A stretch of DNA of 64,000 nt from positions 9,849-73,848 of the forward strand of contig CAYHEQ010000001.1 of assembly GCA_964355795.1 (NCBI GenBank), written 5' to 3'. Source of the stretch: an uncultured Candidatus Saccharibacteria bacterium. GTDB lineage: Bacteria; Patescibacteriota; JACPGU01. How positions within the stretch are numbered: position 1 is the first letter of the stretch; the number at the start of each line of letters is the position of its first letter. Below are positions 18,792 through 28,123 of this stretch, in pieces. A model generated the notes under the pieces. The model was not told the origin of the DNA. It made no database searches and saw only the letters and a program-made list of their open reading frames with translations. The translations under genes were made by a program, and so were the position numbers.

Positions 18792-19871
18792 TCAAAGTAA
18801 TGCCTTAATCGTCTCCTTCGTCACCTTGCCTTGAGCCAGTAGTTCCGTCAGCGATTGCTCAAAGGTAGTCATCCCCTCGCTCTTCCCTGTTTCTATAATT
18901 GACTTCAACTGATTAGTTTTGCCTTCTTTAATGGAGCTGATGATCGCTGTATTCGCCACCATCACTTCCGTGGCCGGAATCCGTCCACCATGCACTTTTG
19001 GCAATAATCTTTGAGCGATCACCCCCAGTAAGACATTGGCCAGCTGGGTTCTCACTTGATTTTGGTAATGTGGCGGGAAAGCGTCAATAATCCTATCGGC
19101 TGTGGTCGCCGCTGAACCAGCGTGGACGGAAGCGAAAACCAGATGACCAGTTTCCGCGATAGTGAGAGCCGCCTCCATTGATTCGCTGTCTCGCAACTCC
19201 CCTATGAGAATAACATCAAAATCTTCTCGCAAAGCCGACCGTAGGGCTTCCTTGAAGCTTTTGGTGTCTCGCCCCACCTCTCTTTGATTTATAATACACT
19301 GTCGGGGACGAAAAACATACTCTATTGGATCTTCAATGGTCAAAATATGCGCCGCTCTGGTTCTATTAATTTCTTCCAAGATAGCCGCGATAGTCGTTGA
19401 TTTGCCCGAACCGGTAGGCCCTGTGACTAGAACCAATCCCTGATGACGGTGAGCAAAACTCTGCACAGAATCTGGCAAACCCAATTCATTAAAACTACGA
19501 ATCTCACTGGGGATCAAACGAATGGCGCAAGCCACGCTCCCTTTTTGTAAAAATATATTGGCGCGAATGAAAGCGCGATCTTTGAAGATATAGGAAAAAT
19601 CCAATTCTTTTTGTTCTCGGAAAGTCTCCTTCTGCTCGGGAGTCAAAAGCAAGTGCACCAATTTCTCTATGTATCCCGGTGTTAATCTAGGCCTATCAAC
19701 CAAAGGCAACAATTTGTTATCCACCCGCAGGACAGGGTAATAGCCGGCCGAAAGATGAATATCGGAAGCCCCTTTCTCCAATCCCTCATTGAGCAAAGAA
19801 AATATCTCTGATTTATTATCAGCCAGCGCTGGAATGTCTAAGAAATCATTGTATTCATTTTTCTGTACCAC
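18792..19871 (-). CDS. pilT: Twitching motility/retraction ATPase PilT
   Basis: 359 aa with Walker A GPTGSGKSTT, Asp box, Walker B and His box. Confidence 0.85.
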   Translation of the reverse strand: MVQKNEYNDFLDIPALADNKSEIFSLLNEGLEKGASDIHLSAGYYPVLRVDNKLLPLVDRPRLTPGYIEKLVHLLLTPEQKETFREQKELDFSYIFKDRAFIRANIFLQKGSVACAIRLIPSEIRSFNELGLPDSVQSFAHRHQGLVLVTGPTGSGKSTTIAAILEEINRTRAAHILTIEDPIEYVFRPRQCIINQREVGRDTKSFKEALRSALREDFDVILIGELRDSESMEAALTIAETGHLVFASVHAGSAATTADRIIDAFPPHYQNQVRTQLANVLLGVIAQRLLPKVHGGRIPATEVMVANTAIISSIKEGKTNQLKSIIETGKSEGMTTFEQSLTELLAQGKVTKETIKALL

Positions 19872-19970
19872 GGTAATAGTTTATAGGTTTTAGTTTGTAG
19901 TGATTAGTGGAATAAAATTACTTAATTTAACCTAAAAACTATAAACTAAAAACTGATATTTTTATTTTTT

Positions 19971-21815
19971 CTACAAGCTCGTTACTCTATACACTTCTTC
20001 CATCGTCGTAATCCCTTGCAATACTTTCAAAACCCCGTCTTGCTTCATAGTAATCATCCCCTCTTTCAAGGCTTGATTTAAGATGTCGGTGGAAGACGAC
20101 CTCTGGATAGTCAATTTCTGCACTTCTTCGGAGATAGGGAGTAATTCATACACGCCCAATCGCCCCTTGTAACCAGAGTTATTGCATTTCTTGCAACCCT
20201 TGCCTTGCAAAATATTTTTCTTTTCAAAAGGGATTTCTTTCTTGTATTCTTCGGGGATAGCTTCATACTCTTTTTTCATATCAGCGATGATGGCTTCGGA
20301 AACTTCCGCTTTTTCCTTACATTCATCACAAACTTTCCTCACCAATCTTTGCGCGATAATAGTATGCAGGGAGGAAGCGATGAGAAATGGTTCCACGCCC
20401 ATATCCACCAAGCGCGGGATAGCGCCGGCAGCGTCATTGGTGTGCAGGGTGGACAAGACTAGATGCCCCGTCAGAGCCGACTGCACCGCCATTTCGGCTG
20501 TTTCTTTGTCGCGAATCTCCCCCACCATAATGATATTGGGGTCTTGGCGCAAAATAGAACGGAGTCCTTGGGCGAAAGAATAACCGATATAGGGTTTCAC
20601 CTGCGATTGGCTAACGCCATTCATCTGGTATTCCACGGGATCTTCTAGAGTGACGATATTAACTCCTTCGGTATTGAGCCGAGCGATGGCCGCGTAAAGA
20701 GTGGTTGATTTACCAGAACCAGTAGGCCCCGTCACGAGCAAGATGCCGTGCGGGATTTGGATAGCTTTGAGCAGGTAATCAAAAGATTTGCCTTGCACGC
20801 CCAGTTGCTCCAATTGAATCACTCCCCCACCTTTGTCCAAGATTCTCATCACCACTTTCTCGCCGTTAGTGGTGGGAAAAGTGGAGATACGCAGGTCAAT
20901 CTCGCGATCAGCGAAGACCACATCAATTCTGCCGTCTTGTGGCACTCTTTGTTCATCAATTTTCAATTTTGCCAAGATTTTGATGCGAGAAACAAAAGCC
21001 GGATGGTCCTTGAGGGGGATACTGGCCACTTGATGCAAGACACCATCAATACGACAACGGATTCTAGTGTCCGCTTTGTCGTTGGGCTCCACGTGAATAT
21101 CGGAAGCGCGAGAAAAAACGGCAAATTTGATAATCGCCGCCACAATTCTTGGGATAGCGGAATTTTTGATTAATTCTTGGAGCTGTTCTGCGGTTTCTAC
21201 CTCTTCCTGCACCAAAGTCGCCAGCGCTGTGTCCGATCGGGGCGCTTCTTCCTTTTTTTCTTCCTGACGAGAGGTCTCTTTTTTTTCTCCAACAGGAGGC
21301 ACTGTCTGCTGGACGATTGGTTGCGCTTCTTCCGTAGCGCCAGTGTCTTTTTCCATTAAGACTGGGTTTTTGTACTGCTCTAAAACTTTTTCTAGTCCCG
21401 CTTGGCTAGCCACATAAGGATCAACGTTGATATTGTTTTTACTCTTAATGAAATCAAAAGCTTTGCGCGTGACAGGATCCCATGGCTTGGAAACAGCTAC
21501 CTTGATCATTTGATCGGAAATTGTCTCAAAAACCACCATATTGTATTTGCGTGCTATCTCTTCCGGAAATTTGGACAAAACAACGAAAGGGATCTTGACC
21601 GCGGAAAGATCAATATAGGGCATCCCATAAATCTCTCCGGCAAATCTGGCGATATCTTCCACATTAACCTTTTCTGACCCAATTAAAGCATCTTCTAAAA
21701 AGGCCCCAGATTGCGCGGCCGTTTCCTTAATCTTTTTGGCGCTTTCTTCATCTAGGAGCTTTTTTCCCAGCGCCAATTCTAAAATGTTTTTTGCATTAAC
21801 TGTCATTGAATGCAT
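19971..21815 (-). CDS. pilB: Type IV pilus assembly ATPase PilB (GspE family)
   Basis: N-terminal T2SSE_N domain, Walker A GPTGSGKSTT, C-terminal tetracysteine CDECK...CKKC. A low-complexity insert makes it 614 aa. Confidence 0.9.
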   Translation of the reverse strand: MHSMTVNAKNILELALGKKLLDEESAKKIKETAAQSGAFLEDALIGSEKVNVEDIARFAGEIYGMPYIDLSAVKIPFVVLSKFPEEIARKYNMVVFETISDQMIKVAVSKPWDPVTRKAFDFIKSKNNINVDPYVASQAGLEKVLEQYKNPVLMEKDTGATEEAQPIVQQTVPPVGEKKETSRQEEKKEEAPRSDTALATLVQEEVETAEQLQELIKNSAIPRIVAAIIKFAVFSRASDIHVEPNDKADTRIRCRIDGVLHQVASIPLKDHPAFVSRIKILAKLKIDEQRVPQDGRIDVVFADREIDLRISTFPTTNGEKVVMRILDKGGGVIQLEQLGVQGKSFDYLLKAIQIPHGILLVTGPTGSGKSTTLYAAIARLNTEGVNIVTLEDPVEYQMNGVSQSQVKPYIGYSFAQGLRSILRQDPNIIMVGEIRDKETAEMAVQSALTGHLVLSTLHTNDAAGAIPRLVDMGVEPFLIASSLHTIIAQRLVRKVCDECKEKAEVSEAIIADMKKEYEAIPEEYKKEIPFEKKNILQGKGCKKCNNSGYKGRLGVYELLPISEEVQKLTIQRSSSTDILNQALKEGMITMKQDGVLKVLQGITTMEEVYRVTSL

Positions 21816-21896
21816 ACTGAATTATGATTCAGGATTTAGGATTTAGGATTTAAAAGATTATTCATGAATCATAAATCATAAATCTTGAATCCCTTC

Positions 21897-22175
21897 CTAA
21901 AGATATGGATTCTCCTTCCCCACATCGGCTGGATCAACCACGACTGGCGTATCAGCAATCTTTTTCAGATCTTTCAGTTCGTTATCCAGAACTTCACTAT
22001 AAGCTTGAGGCACGACTACGGGAGGAAAACTGGTTAATTGTTCTGACTTTGGCGCTGTTTTGATGATAGCGATGACAACGAAAAGCACCATCAAAAAAGC
22101 GGCCACTATACCGATCGTATTGATAGCAGAAAATTCCCCTTTCATTTTTTTCAACCAAAAATTAATCTTTTTCAT
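21897..22175 (-). CDS. Small single-pass membrane protein (pilus-locus associated)
   Basis: 92 aa with one TM segment, located between pilB and pilO-like genes. Confidence 0.4.
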   Translation of the reverse strand: MKKINFWLKKMKGEFSAINTIGIVAAFLMVLFVVIAIIKTAPKSEQLTSFPPVVVPQAYSEVLDNELKDLKKIADTPVVVDPADVGKENPYL

Positions 22176-22195
22176 AAAGCCCCCTCACCTTGACG

Positions 22196-22885
22196 TTACT
22201 TCTCCATTTCAAACGTAGAAATAATAGTTTTCATCAATACATCAGCGCCAGTGTTTCCAGAACTTATATTAAAAATGTAAGAAGCGCCGGCTTTATCCAT
22301 TCTGTAATATACGAAGCCCCCATCGGTGCCGTAACGAGGTATTGTATATTTTTCCCATTGCTGATTGCCTGATTTAATGATTTTTTTATCTATTTTTAGT
22401 GAACTGCCCCCATCAGAAAAGAGTTTTTCTTGTTTTTTTATTATATCGTCGTAATCTGACGGTTTCCCACTTTCAAAATAGAAATTATCAGGGCTAAATG
22501 CCCATCCATAGACGAAAGAGGACCTGTACATAGATGTAAACCCTATCACACTGGAAGGAGCATCTGGATTTTTGGGCTTCTCCCAAACAAAATCAGCAGG
22601 ATACCTAAATCTAACGCCAAGATCTTCGTCTTGATATTTTTTCCATGCATATTTCTCGCCATCACGATACATTTCCTCGGTAGGCCTCGTAAGCTCCTCT
22701 GCGATATTGGACTGCGCATCATTGGATATCGCTTTGTTTGTATCTTTTTTATTTAAAAAATCATTTTGCCATAAATAAACCCCTCCACCAGAAACTATGG
22801 CAACCATTACTAAGATAAAAATGCTTGATATTGCTTTCATACCCCTACTCCCTTCTTTTTGTTCTATTTGTATTGCTCCCCTCAT
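22196..22885 (-). CDS. Hypothetical membrane-anchored protein (pilus locus)
   Basis: Probable start at MKAISSIFILVMVAIV (signal anchor). No known domain. Confidence 0.45.
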   Translation of the reverse strand: MRGAIQIEQKEGSRGMKAISSIFILVMVAIVSGGGVYLWQNDFLNKKDTNKAISNDAQSNIAEELTRPTEEMYRDGEKYAWKKYQDEDLGVRFRYPADFVWEKPKNPDAPSSVIGFTSMYRSSFVYGWAFSPDNFYFESGKPSDYDDIIKKQEKLFSDGGSSLKIDKKIIKSGNQQWEKYTIPRYGTDGGFVYYRMDKAGASYIFNISSGNTGADVLMKTIISTFEMEK

Positions 22886-22930
22886 TATTAAATTTAAATT
22901 AGCCTACTATTACCTGTTTGCTTTGCTATT

Positions 22931-23626
22931 TTATTCTTTACTTCCTCCCACTCCTTCTTGATAAAAAATATTCGCCGTTACAGAGAATCGCAACAAAGGC
23001 TGTCCAATACGGACATCGCCGGAGCCATTAACGCTAATGACTTTGATGTGAAATGGCCTGATATTATCTTCCAGCTCTTTGACGAAATTATAAACGGCAG
23101 AATAATTGCCCGTGATATCAAAGACGATTTCTTGCGTTTTCCAAGTATTGGGAGCCGAAGGCTTGACGCCAACAGCGCCAGCGTTAACCCCCGCTTCTCC
23201 ACTGACAACCGTCCTGTCCGCGCTACTGGCTTCCTTGGGAGTAAAATTGGTGATGAAAAGCGAATTGTCCGAAGCGGCTTTTTCCAGAGTGACCAAAATT
23301 TCAGGAATTTCAATACCTTTCGGCAAAGACTGCTCCACCTCTTCAATGAAATCTTTTTGCTCATCAATACTTTTGGCGAGATTTTCTAATTTAGTTTTCT
23401 TTTCCTCAAGCTTGGCTTTCTCATTAGTATTATTGACAATATTCACCCTGTTTTGCTTGTAGGCGCTGTACAAAGGACCAAAAACTAGATAGCCAAAAAT
23501 ACCCACGATGAGGATGACTAAGAAAATGATCGTGCCGGTTTGATTTTCCCCCGTCCTGAAAAATTCCTCCACTTTTTTGGTGTTGAGAATTTTCTTTTTG
23601 GGCTTTGGTGGTAAAAGATTGTCCAT
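22931..23626 (-). CDS. PilO-like pilus assembly protein
   Basis: Short cytoplasmic N-terminus, one TM segment, a coiled-coil (EKAKLEEKKTKLENLAKSIDEQKDFIEEVEQ), then a C-terminal beta domain. This matches PilO architecture. Confidence 0.55.
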   Translation of the reverse strand: MDNLLPPKPKKKILNTKKVEEFFRTGENQTGTIIFLVILIVGIFGYLVFGPLYSAYKQNRVNIVNNTNEKAKLEEKKTKLENLAKSIDEQKDFIEEVEQSLPKGIEIPEILVTLEKAASDNSLFITNFTPKEASSADRTVVSGEAGVNAGAVGVKPSAPNTWKTQEIVFDITGNYSAVYNFVKELEDNIRPFHIKVISVNGSGDVRIGQPLLRFSVTANIFYQEGVGGSKE

Positions 23627-23711
23627 AAAATTCTGTAATTCGTAGTAACTTATTGTAATTTATCGTAATTAATTGCAACCAGACAACCAATTACCACGAG
23701 TTGCCTAATTA

Positions 23712-24359
23712 CTATAAATTACTGTCATCCAATATCCCCTGCTCCTGCGCTTTTTTGGCTTCCTCCTCTTTAATAACTGTTCTAGTAATATCCTTCTTTA
23801 AGCGCAAAGAAATGGAAAATTCTACCTTTGATTTACCGATGTCATTGACCGTTAATGAGGAGCTGATCAAGGAAGCCCCTTCAAAGAAAGAGGAATTATT
23901 GAAAGACACCAGCAGCTTGGCCACGCCCTGATAAGTTTCGGCCGAACCATTGATTCTGACAATCCCCGCCTTGTCTATCTCAAATCGAGAAAAAGACACT
24001 GTTTTCGGTTCAACGCTCTCCACTTCTTTGAAAACAACTGACCAGAAAGGCGTTTGTTGCAGAAGAGTCAGAGCGTTCCGATTTCTTTGCGCGATAGACA
24101 GCCCTTGTTGCTCTACGCTCAAAAGGGCGGCGTTGGCCGTCTTCAGCCCAGTAATAGCGTCTTTCAACACTTCATTTTTGTTCTTGGCGGAAACTTCTAG
24201 TCCCGCGAAAAGTAGCGTCCCCAAAACGAAAATACCCACAAAAATAGCGGAAAAGACCAGCGCCATCTTGCGATTTTGCTTATCTTTTTCGCTCTCCACG
24301 AAACGAGCCGTCGGCTCTCCTACTTCATTGGTGATTTTGGAAATATCAATATCTAACAT
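23712..24359 (-). CDS. PilN-like pilus assembly protein
   Basis: Cytoplasmic N-terminal segment, one TM segment, coiled-coil, and a periplasmic domain, as in PilN. It lies adjacent to the PilO-like gene. Confidence 0.55.
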   Translation of the reverse strand: MLDIDISKITNEVGEPTARFVESEKDKQNRKMALVFSAIFVGIFVLGTLLFAGLEVSAKNKNEVLKDAITGLKTANAALLSVEQQGLSIAQRNRNALTLLQQTPFWSVVFKEVESVEPKTVSFSRFEIDKAGIVRINGSAETYQGVAKLLVSFNNSSFFEGASLISSSLTVNDIGKSKVEFSISLRLKKDITRTVIKEEEAKKAQEQGILDDSNL

Positions 24360-24414
24360 TTTGTTTTTGTTTTCCTCTTACGACTTGCTCTTACTATAAA
24401 TGAAAGATTTTTAT

Positions 24415-24487
24415 TTTGCAACTATGTAATTGCTTAAGCGATGCGAATCTACAAATAACATGCGAATATAGCGAATGTCTATGCGAA
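24415..24487. repeat. GCGAAT-rich repeat, left flank of the GxxExxY gene
   Basis: taagcgatgcgaatctacaaataacatgcgaatatagcgaatgtctatgcgaatc. Confidence 0.7.
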
Positions 24488-24844
24488 TCAAATTTTTGTA
24501 TTTAATATCCTATTGGGCTTAAGATGGCTATTTCTAAAATTAACTATCATCCCCAACTTCAAATTATTAATTTCTAGGTATCTTTTTACTTGAAAATAAT
24601 CTTCTTTGTCCGCAAAATTTTTTGCTTTGCATTCTACTACTATTTTATCTTCTATGAGAAAATCCATTCTATTCCCACTGCCATCATTTAATTCTCTTTT
24701 ATAAGCAACACCTTTATTCTGCAGTTCCTTCTCTATTTCATCACAATATTGTTTTTCTTTACAGAATCGCCCTAGTCTATTTTGAACTGCAAAAAATATC
24801 CCATTTATTTTGTAAGACAATTCCGGATAAATTACATCCTTCAT
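24488..24844 (-). CDS. GxxExxY-family protein (PD-(D/E)XK superfamily)
   Basis: INGIFFAVQNRLGRFCKEKQYCDEIEKEL ... IVVECKAKNF ... LKLGMIVNF fits the GxxExxY family profile. Confidence 0.65.
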   Translation of the reverse strand: MKDVIYPELSYKINGIFFAVQNRLGRFCKEKQYCDEIEKELQNKGVAYKRELNDGSGNRMDFLIEDKIVVECKAKNFADKEDYFQVKRYLEINNLKLGMIVNFRNSHLKPNRILNTKI

Positions 24845-24849
24845 TTATT

Positions 24850-24910
24850 ACTTATTATTCGCATTATATTCGTAGATTCGCATGAGAATTCGCATTATTC
24901 GCATCGCTTA
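24850..24910. repeat. GCGAAT-rich repeat, right flank of the GxxExxY gene
   Basis: ttattcgcattatattcgtagattcgcatgagaattcgcattattcgcatcgcttattac. Confidence 0.7.
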
Positions 24911-27076
24911 TTACTGCCTGGCTTTGAATACTTCTTTGGCAAATCCCGGTGGCGGGGACAAGACTACTCGCGGATCGTATTGGAAATCTTCGGCTGGTTG
25001 CCAATCCAGATATTTAGGATCGTTAGGCTTTATTGAACCCTTGCAAATTGGTGGCAAGGCGTTATCGCAAGACCAGAGTAGCTCTTTCGGACCAATGTAA
25101 TTGCGATAAAGTTGGAAAGCTTCTGATCGCGAAGAAACATTCCACCACCCGCTAGCGATGACCACTCCATGAATGACTAATTGTTTGTCATAAGTCTCTC
25201 CGCCACAAGCAGCGGGGGTAATAGCGCAAGAACCGCTAATAAAGCTCCCCTTTTGACCGGTATTGGCTTTGTCAGAATAGATGAAGAATACGCCCTCCAG
25301 CCTTCCTACCCTCGGACTGACATTGACATTGCCATTTTTGACAATGAAGCCCACCATATCTTTGTTTTTGTTCTCGTATTGCAGACTGTCGTTAATAGAA
25401 AGATCGCCATCAACAACAACCGTTCCTCTGCCACGCAGGGTCATCGGCGAACCGCTATTGTTACCTATCGTCAAACCGTCACTATAATAAAGAGCGCCTC
25501 CTTCAGGGATATTGGTGGGATTGAGGTCTATTGTCGCGCTAGTGAGACTACCTTTGCCATAACTAGTTTTGGCTATTTTGGCGCCATTAATTAGTTTCGT
25601 CCGACTTTTTTCTATAATTCCGCAAGCCGAATTTTCTTGACAGACTTTGTCTTCATCTAGACCAAAACTGGAAGGACTATTAGAGCTGATGCCGTATGCG
25701 CCCACCGTCCAATCGCTCGCTGATTTTGATTGAGACGCTATATTGCCACCAGAACCGATGATGTAGAGAACGCTAGAAGGATTTCTCAAGTTCACTCCCT
25801 TGCGACCAAAAACGCTACCCCCGGTGGATTCTTTGAGGAAAGAATAAGTAACGATGTCTATGTCTGTTTTGGTAGTTTGCTCTGTCCCCGTCGTAAAGGT
25901 CGCGGTATTGGTAATTACTGAATTGGCTGTCACCTCTTTGGCAATAGTTACTTCTACTTCAAAATGATAATTGGTGGCGTGGACCAAAGAATTGATCGTT
26001 ATGGACAAAGAATTAGTCCCCGCAGTAGCGACGCTATAACTAGCGGAAATGATGTTAGCGCTTTTTACCCTGATACCCTTGATGGCAGACGCTGGCGTAA
26101 CCGTATCGTTGATGGTCAAAGTTCCTCCATCGGTAATATTATCCACCGCTACATCAAGATCGTAAGTGGTGGTGAAATCAATGCCCGGATTAATGAGGAG
26201 AGAAGTATCGTCGCTTTTACTCGCTGTTATCAGAGCCGACATCGGACTGATGAGCAAGACTTCCGCCGCCGAGTATTGCCAATGAATCTTGTCTTCAGAA
26301 ATAGCGGCTACTCCTTTGACTAAATACATGGCGGGATCAACCAAGGAGTTGCCCTTGTTGTCAAAAACTAGCGCTTCCGCCGTAGAACGATCAATATTTT
26401 TGAGATCGGACATTTTGTAAAAAGTGAGCGCGAGATTAGTCGTAGAATTGGCAAAAACAGTAAATCTCCTTCCCTCTTTCGGTTGCGGAACATAATATTG
26501 AACGCCTCCGATGGTTATCGTATCAGATCCGCCACTATCCACGGAGATGAAGTGTGTGCCGACTTTCAGATTAGAAATATTAAAATTCCCACTAGTAGGC
26601 GTGGCCGTTACCCCATCTATCAAAAGAGGGGCGATGATCGGACCGCTGTCGCTATTTTTCATCTCAATGCTGGCCGATCCCAAACCGATTGCTTCCGTAG
26701 CTGTCAACATTACTGTCTTGGAAATTTCCGCGCTAGCACCATTGATGCAAAGTAATTTGTAGATGGCCGAACCTTGCGGAACAAAAGTTTTCACTACTCC
26801 AAGAGGAGCGCCCCAACTACTGACGATAGTGGCGCCTAAGTCATCTATAATCCTGCATGAAGTAGCGCTGGAAACAGTGTAATAGAGAGTTATTGGGTCC
26901 ATCGGGTTTTTGATAGTGACATTTTTGAATGGCAGACCGCTAATACCATCAAAAACAAATTTCGTGATCGTCGGCTCGCCGACCGCCCGCGCGGAAGTGG
27001 CGCCAAAAATAATCCCCGCTACCAACGCTGGGAGAAAAACTAGCCCGAAAATAATGGATGAATATCTTTTGTTCAT
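24911..27076 (-). CDS. Large secreted protein (721 aa), possible adhesin
   Basis: N-terminal signal peptide (IIFGLVFLPALVAGIIFGATSARA). Ser/Thr/Gly/Asn-rich beta-type composition. No catalytic motifs. Confidence 0.65.
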   Translation of the reverse strand: MNKRYSSIIFGLVFLPALVAGIIFGATSARAVGEPTITKFVFDGISGLPFKNVTIKNPMDPITLYYTVSSATSCRIIDDLGATIVSSWGAPLGVVKTFVPQGSAIYKLLCINGASAEISKTVMLTATEAIGLGSASIEMKNSDSGPIIAPLLIDGVTATPTSGNFNISNLKVGTHFISVDSGGSDTITIGGVQYYVPQPKEGRRFTVFANSTTNLALTFYKMSDLKNIDRSTAEALVFDNKGNSLVDPAMYLVKGVAAISEDKIHWQYSAAEVLLISPMSALITASKSDDTSLLINPGIDFTTTYDLDVAVDNITDGGTLTINDTVTPASAIKGIRVKSANIISASYSVATAGTNSLSITINSLVHATNYHFEVEVTIAKEVTANSVITNTATFTTGTEQTTKTDIDIVTYSFLKESTGGSVFGRKGVNLRNPSSVLYIIGSGGNIASQSKSASDWTVGAYGISSNSPSSFGLDEDKVCQENSACGIIEKSRTKLINGAKIAKTSYGKGSLTSATIDLNPTNIPEGGALYYSDGLTIGNNSGSPMTLRGRGTVVVDGDLSINDSLQYENKNKDMVGFIVKNGNVNVSPRVGRLEGVFFIYSDKANTGQKGSFISGSCAITPAACGGETYDKQLVIHGVVIASGWWNVSSRSEAFQLYRNYIGPKELLWSCDNALPPICKGSIKPNDPKYLDWQPAEDFQYDPRVVLSPPPGFAKEVFKARQ

Positions 27077-27103
27077 TTGAATTTTGACTTTATGGTTCCT
27101 CGT

Positions 27104-27140
27104 CCGAGGTTCGACCTTAGCTTCTAAATTTCTCCGAAGT
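27104..27140. repeat. Hairpin repeat family, half copy
   Basis: ccgaggttcgaccttagcttctaaatttctccgaagtctc; the right arm is absent. Confidence 0.6.
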
Positions 27141-27146
27141 CTCCGT

Positions 27147-27191
27147 CCGAGGTTCGACCTTAACTTCTAAACTTCTCCAAGGTCGAACCTC
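27147..27191. repeat. Hairpin repeat family copy
   Basis: ccgaggttcgaccttaacttctaaacttctccaaggtcgaacctc. Confidence 0.8.
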
Positions 27192-27261
27192 TTTACCCCT
27201 GTTTTTCTGTTTTTTTTAATTTTATTCAATCTGCAATCTGAAATCTAGAATCTGCAATTCT

Positions 27262-28017
27262 CTATGGCGCCTTTACCTTGAATTTAACCGAACTCTCCCC
27301 CGGTGTGGCGGTATATGAATTCCAAAGCAATTCGTTGCTGGTAGACGAAAGGGTAAAACCTGTTCCATCGACTATCGTAGCCTTAGTTTTATCAAACATG
27401 CTTGGCAGGACGTATCTCAAATTAACAATCTTGTCCACCGACCCCTGATTGGTAACGCGCAAAGTATAGGTGATGAATCCACCCTTGAAAGATGTCGCAT
27501 TACCGCCTCCCGCGTCTCCCTCCGCTTCCACATAAACCAAGACGCCTTTGGGATAATTGTAAGAGTCGGTATAAGTATATTCTACAGGTTCAATGACGCC
27601 TCCTTGAGGGATAAGATTGACGCTAAAATTGGCCGTTAAAGTAGTACTGCCTTGACCAAAAGTGAAGGTCGCAGAACTAGCAAGGGTATTAGAGAGATTG
27701 CCATAAATAGGGCTAGAAGTAAAAGTCCAACCAGAAAAAACATAACCAGAATTAGCAGTAGCCTTAATTTCTTTGGTAGAACCACCCACTCCTGTTGTTG
27801 CTCCGCCAGTTATAGCTACCGTCCCGCCAGCCACTGGATTGACGACAAGAGTCAACGTGTAATTAGCCACACAAAGATTGGGCATTATGGCGCAGAGACT
27901 CGTCGCCACTGGTGGCACCATGGCCGATACCCCACCGGTCAAAAGCAAAATCAACCCTGCCGCCATACCAGCAAAAATTGTCTTCCTCCGCAAATTATTT
28001 ATGCTCTTTTTAATCAT
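27262..28017 (-). CDS. Secreted protein with InlB B-repeat (Listeria-Bacteroides repeat) domain
   Basis: Signal peptide, then GYVFSGWTFTSSPIYGNLS ... ATFTFGQGSTTLTANF. The same module, with similar DNA, occurs in the 860-aa protein. Confidence 0.65.
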   Translation of the reverse strand: MIKKSINNLRRKTIFAGMAAGLILLLTGGVSAMVPPVATSLCAIMPNLCVANYTLTLVVNPVAGGTVAITGGATTGVGGSTKEIKATANSGYVFSGWTFTSSPIYGNLSNTLASSATFTFGQGSTTLTANFSVNLIPQGGVIEPVEYTYTDSYNYPKGVLVYVEAEGDAGGGNATSFKGGFITYTLRVTNQGSVDKIVNLRYVLPSMFDKTKATIVDGTGFTLSSTSNELLWNSYTATPGESSVKFKVKAP

Positions 28018-28037
28018 TTTAATTGTTAGTTTCGCGT

Positions 28038-28101
28038 CCGAGGTTCAACCTTAGCTCCTAAACTTCTCCACTTGTCCGCCTCTGGAGGAAGGTTGAACCT
28101 C
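28038..28101. repeat. Hairpin repeat family copy (T-to-A variant, long loop)
   Basis: ccgaggttcaaccttagctcctaaacttctccacttgtccgcctctggaggaaggttgaacctc. Confidence 0.7.
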
Positions 28102-28123
28102 TTAATTCTTGTTTGCGCTTTCC

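Noticed and set aside
21897-24359. PilM (actin-like ATPase) in the pilus locus
   Set aside because: No ORF in the window has the size or the ATPase motifs of PilM. The PilN-like and PilO-like calls rest on architecture only, so the locus is reported without pilM.
27652-28029. Plus-strand ORFs 27652..28029 and 33675..33935, which resemble each other
   Set aside because: They are antisense shadows of the paralogous B-repeat segments of the minus-strand secreted-protein genes. The real genes are 27262..28017 and 31407..33989.
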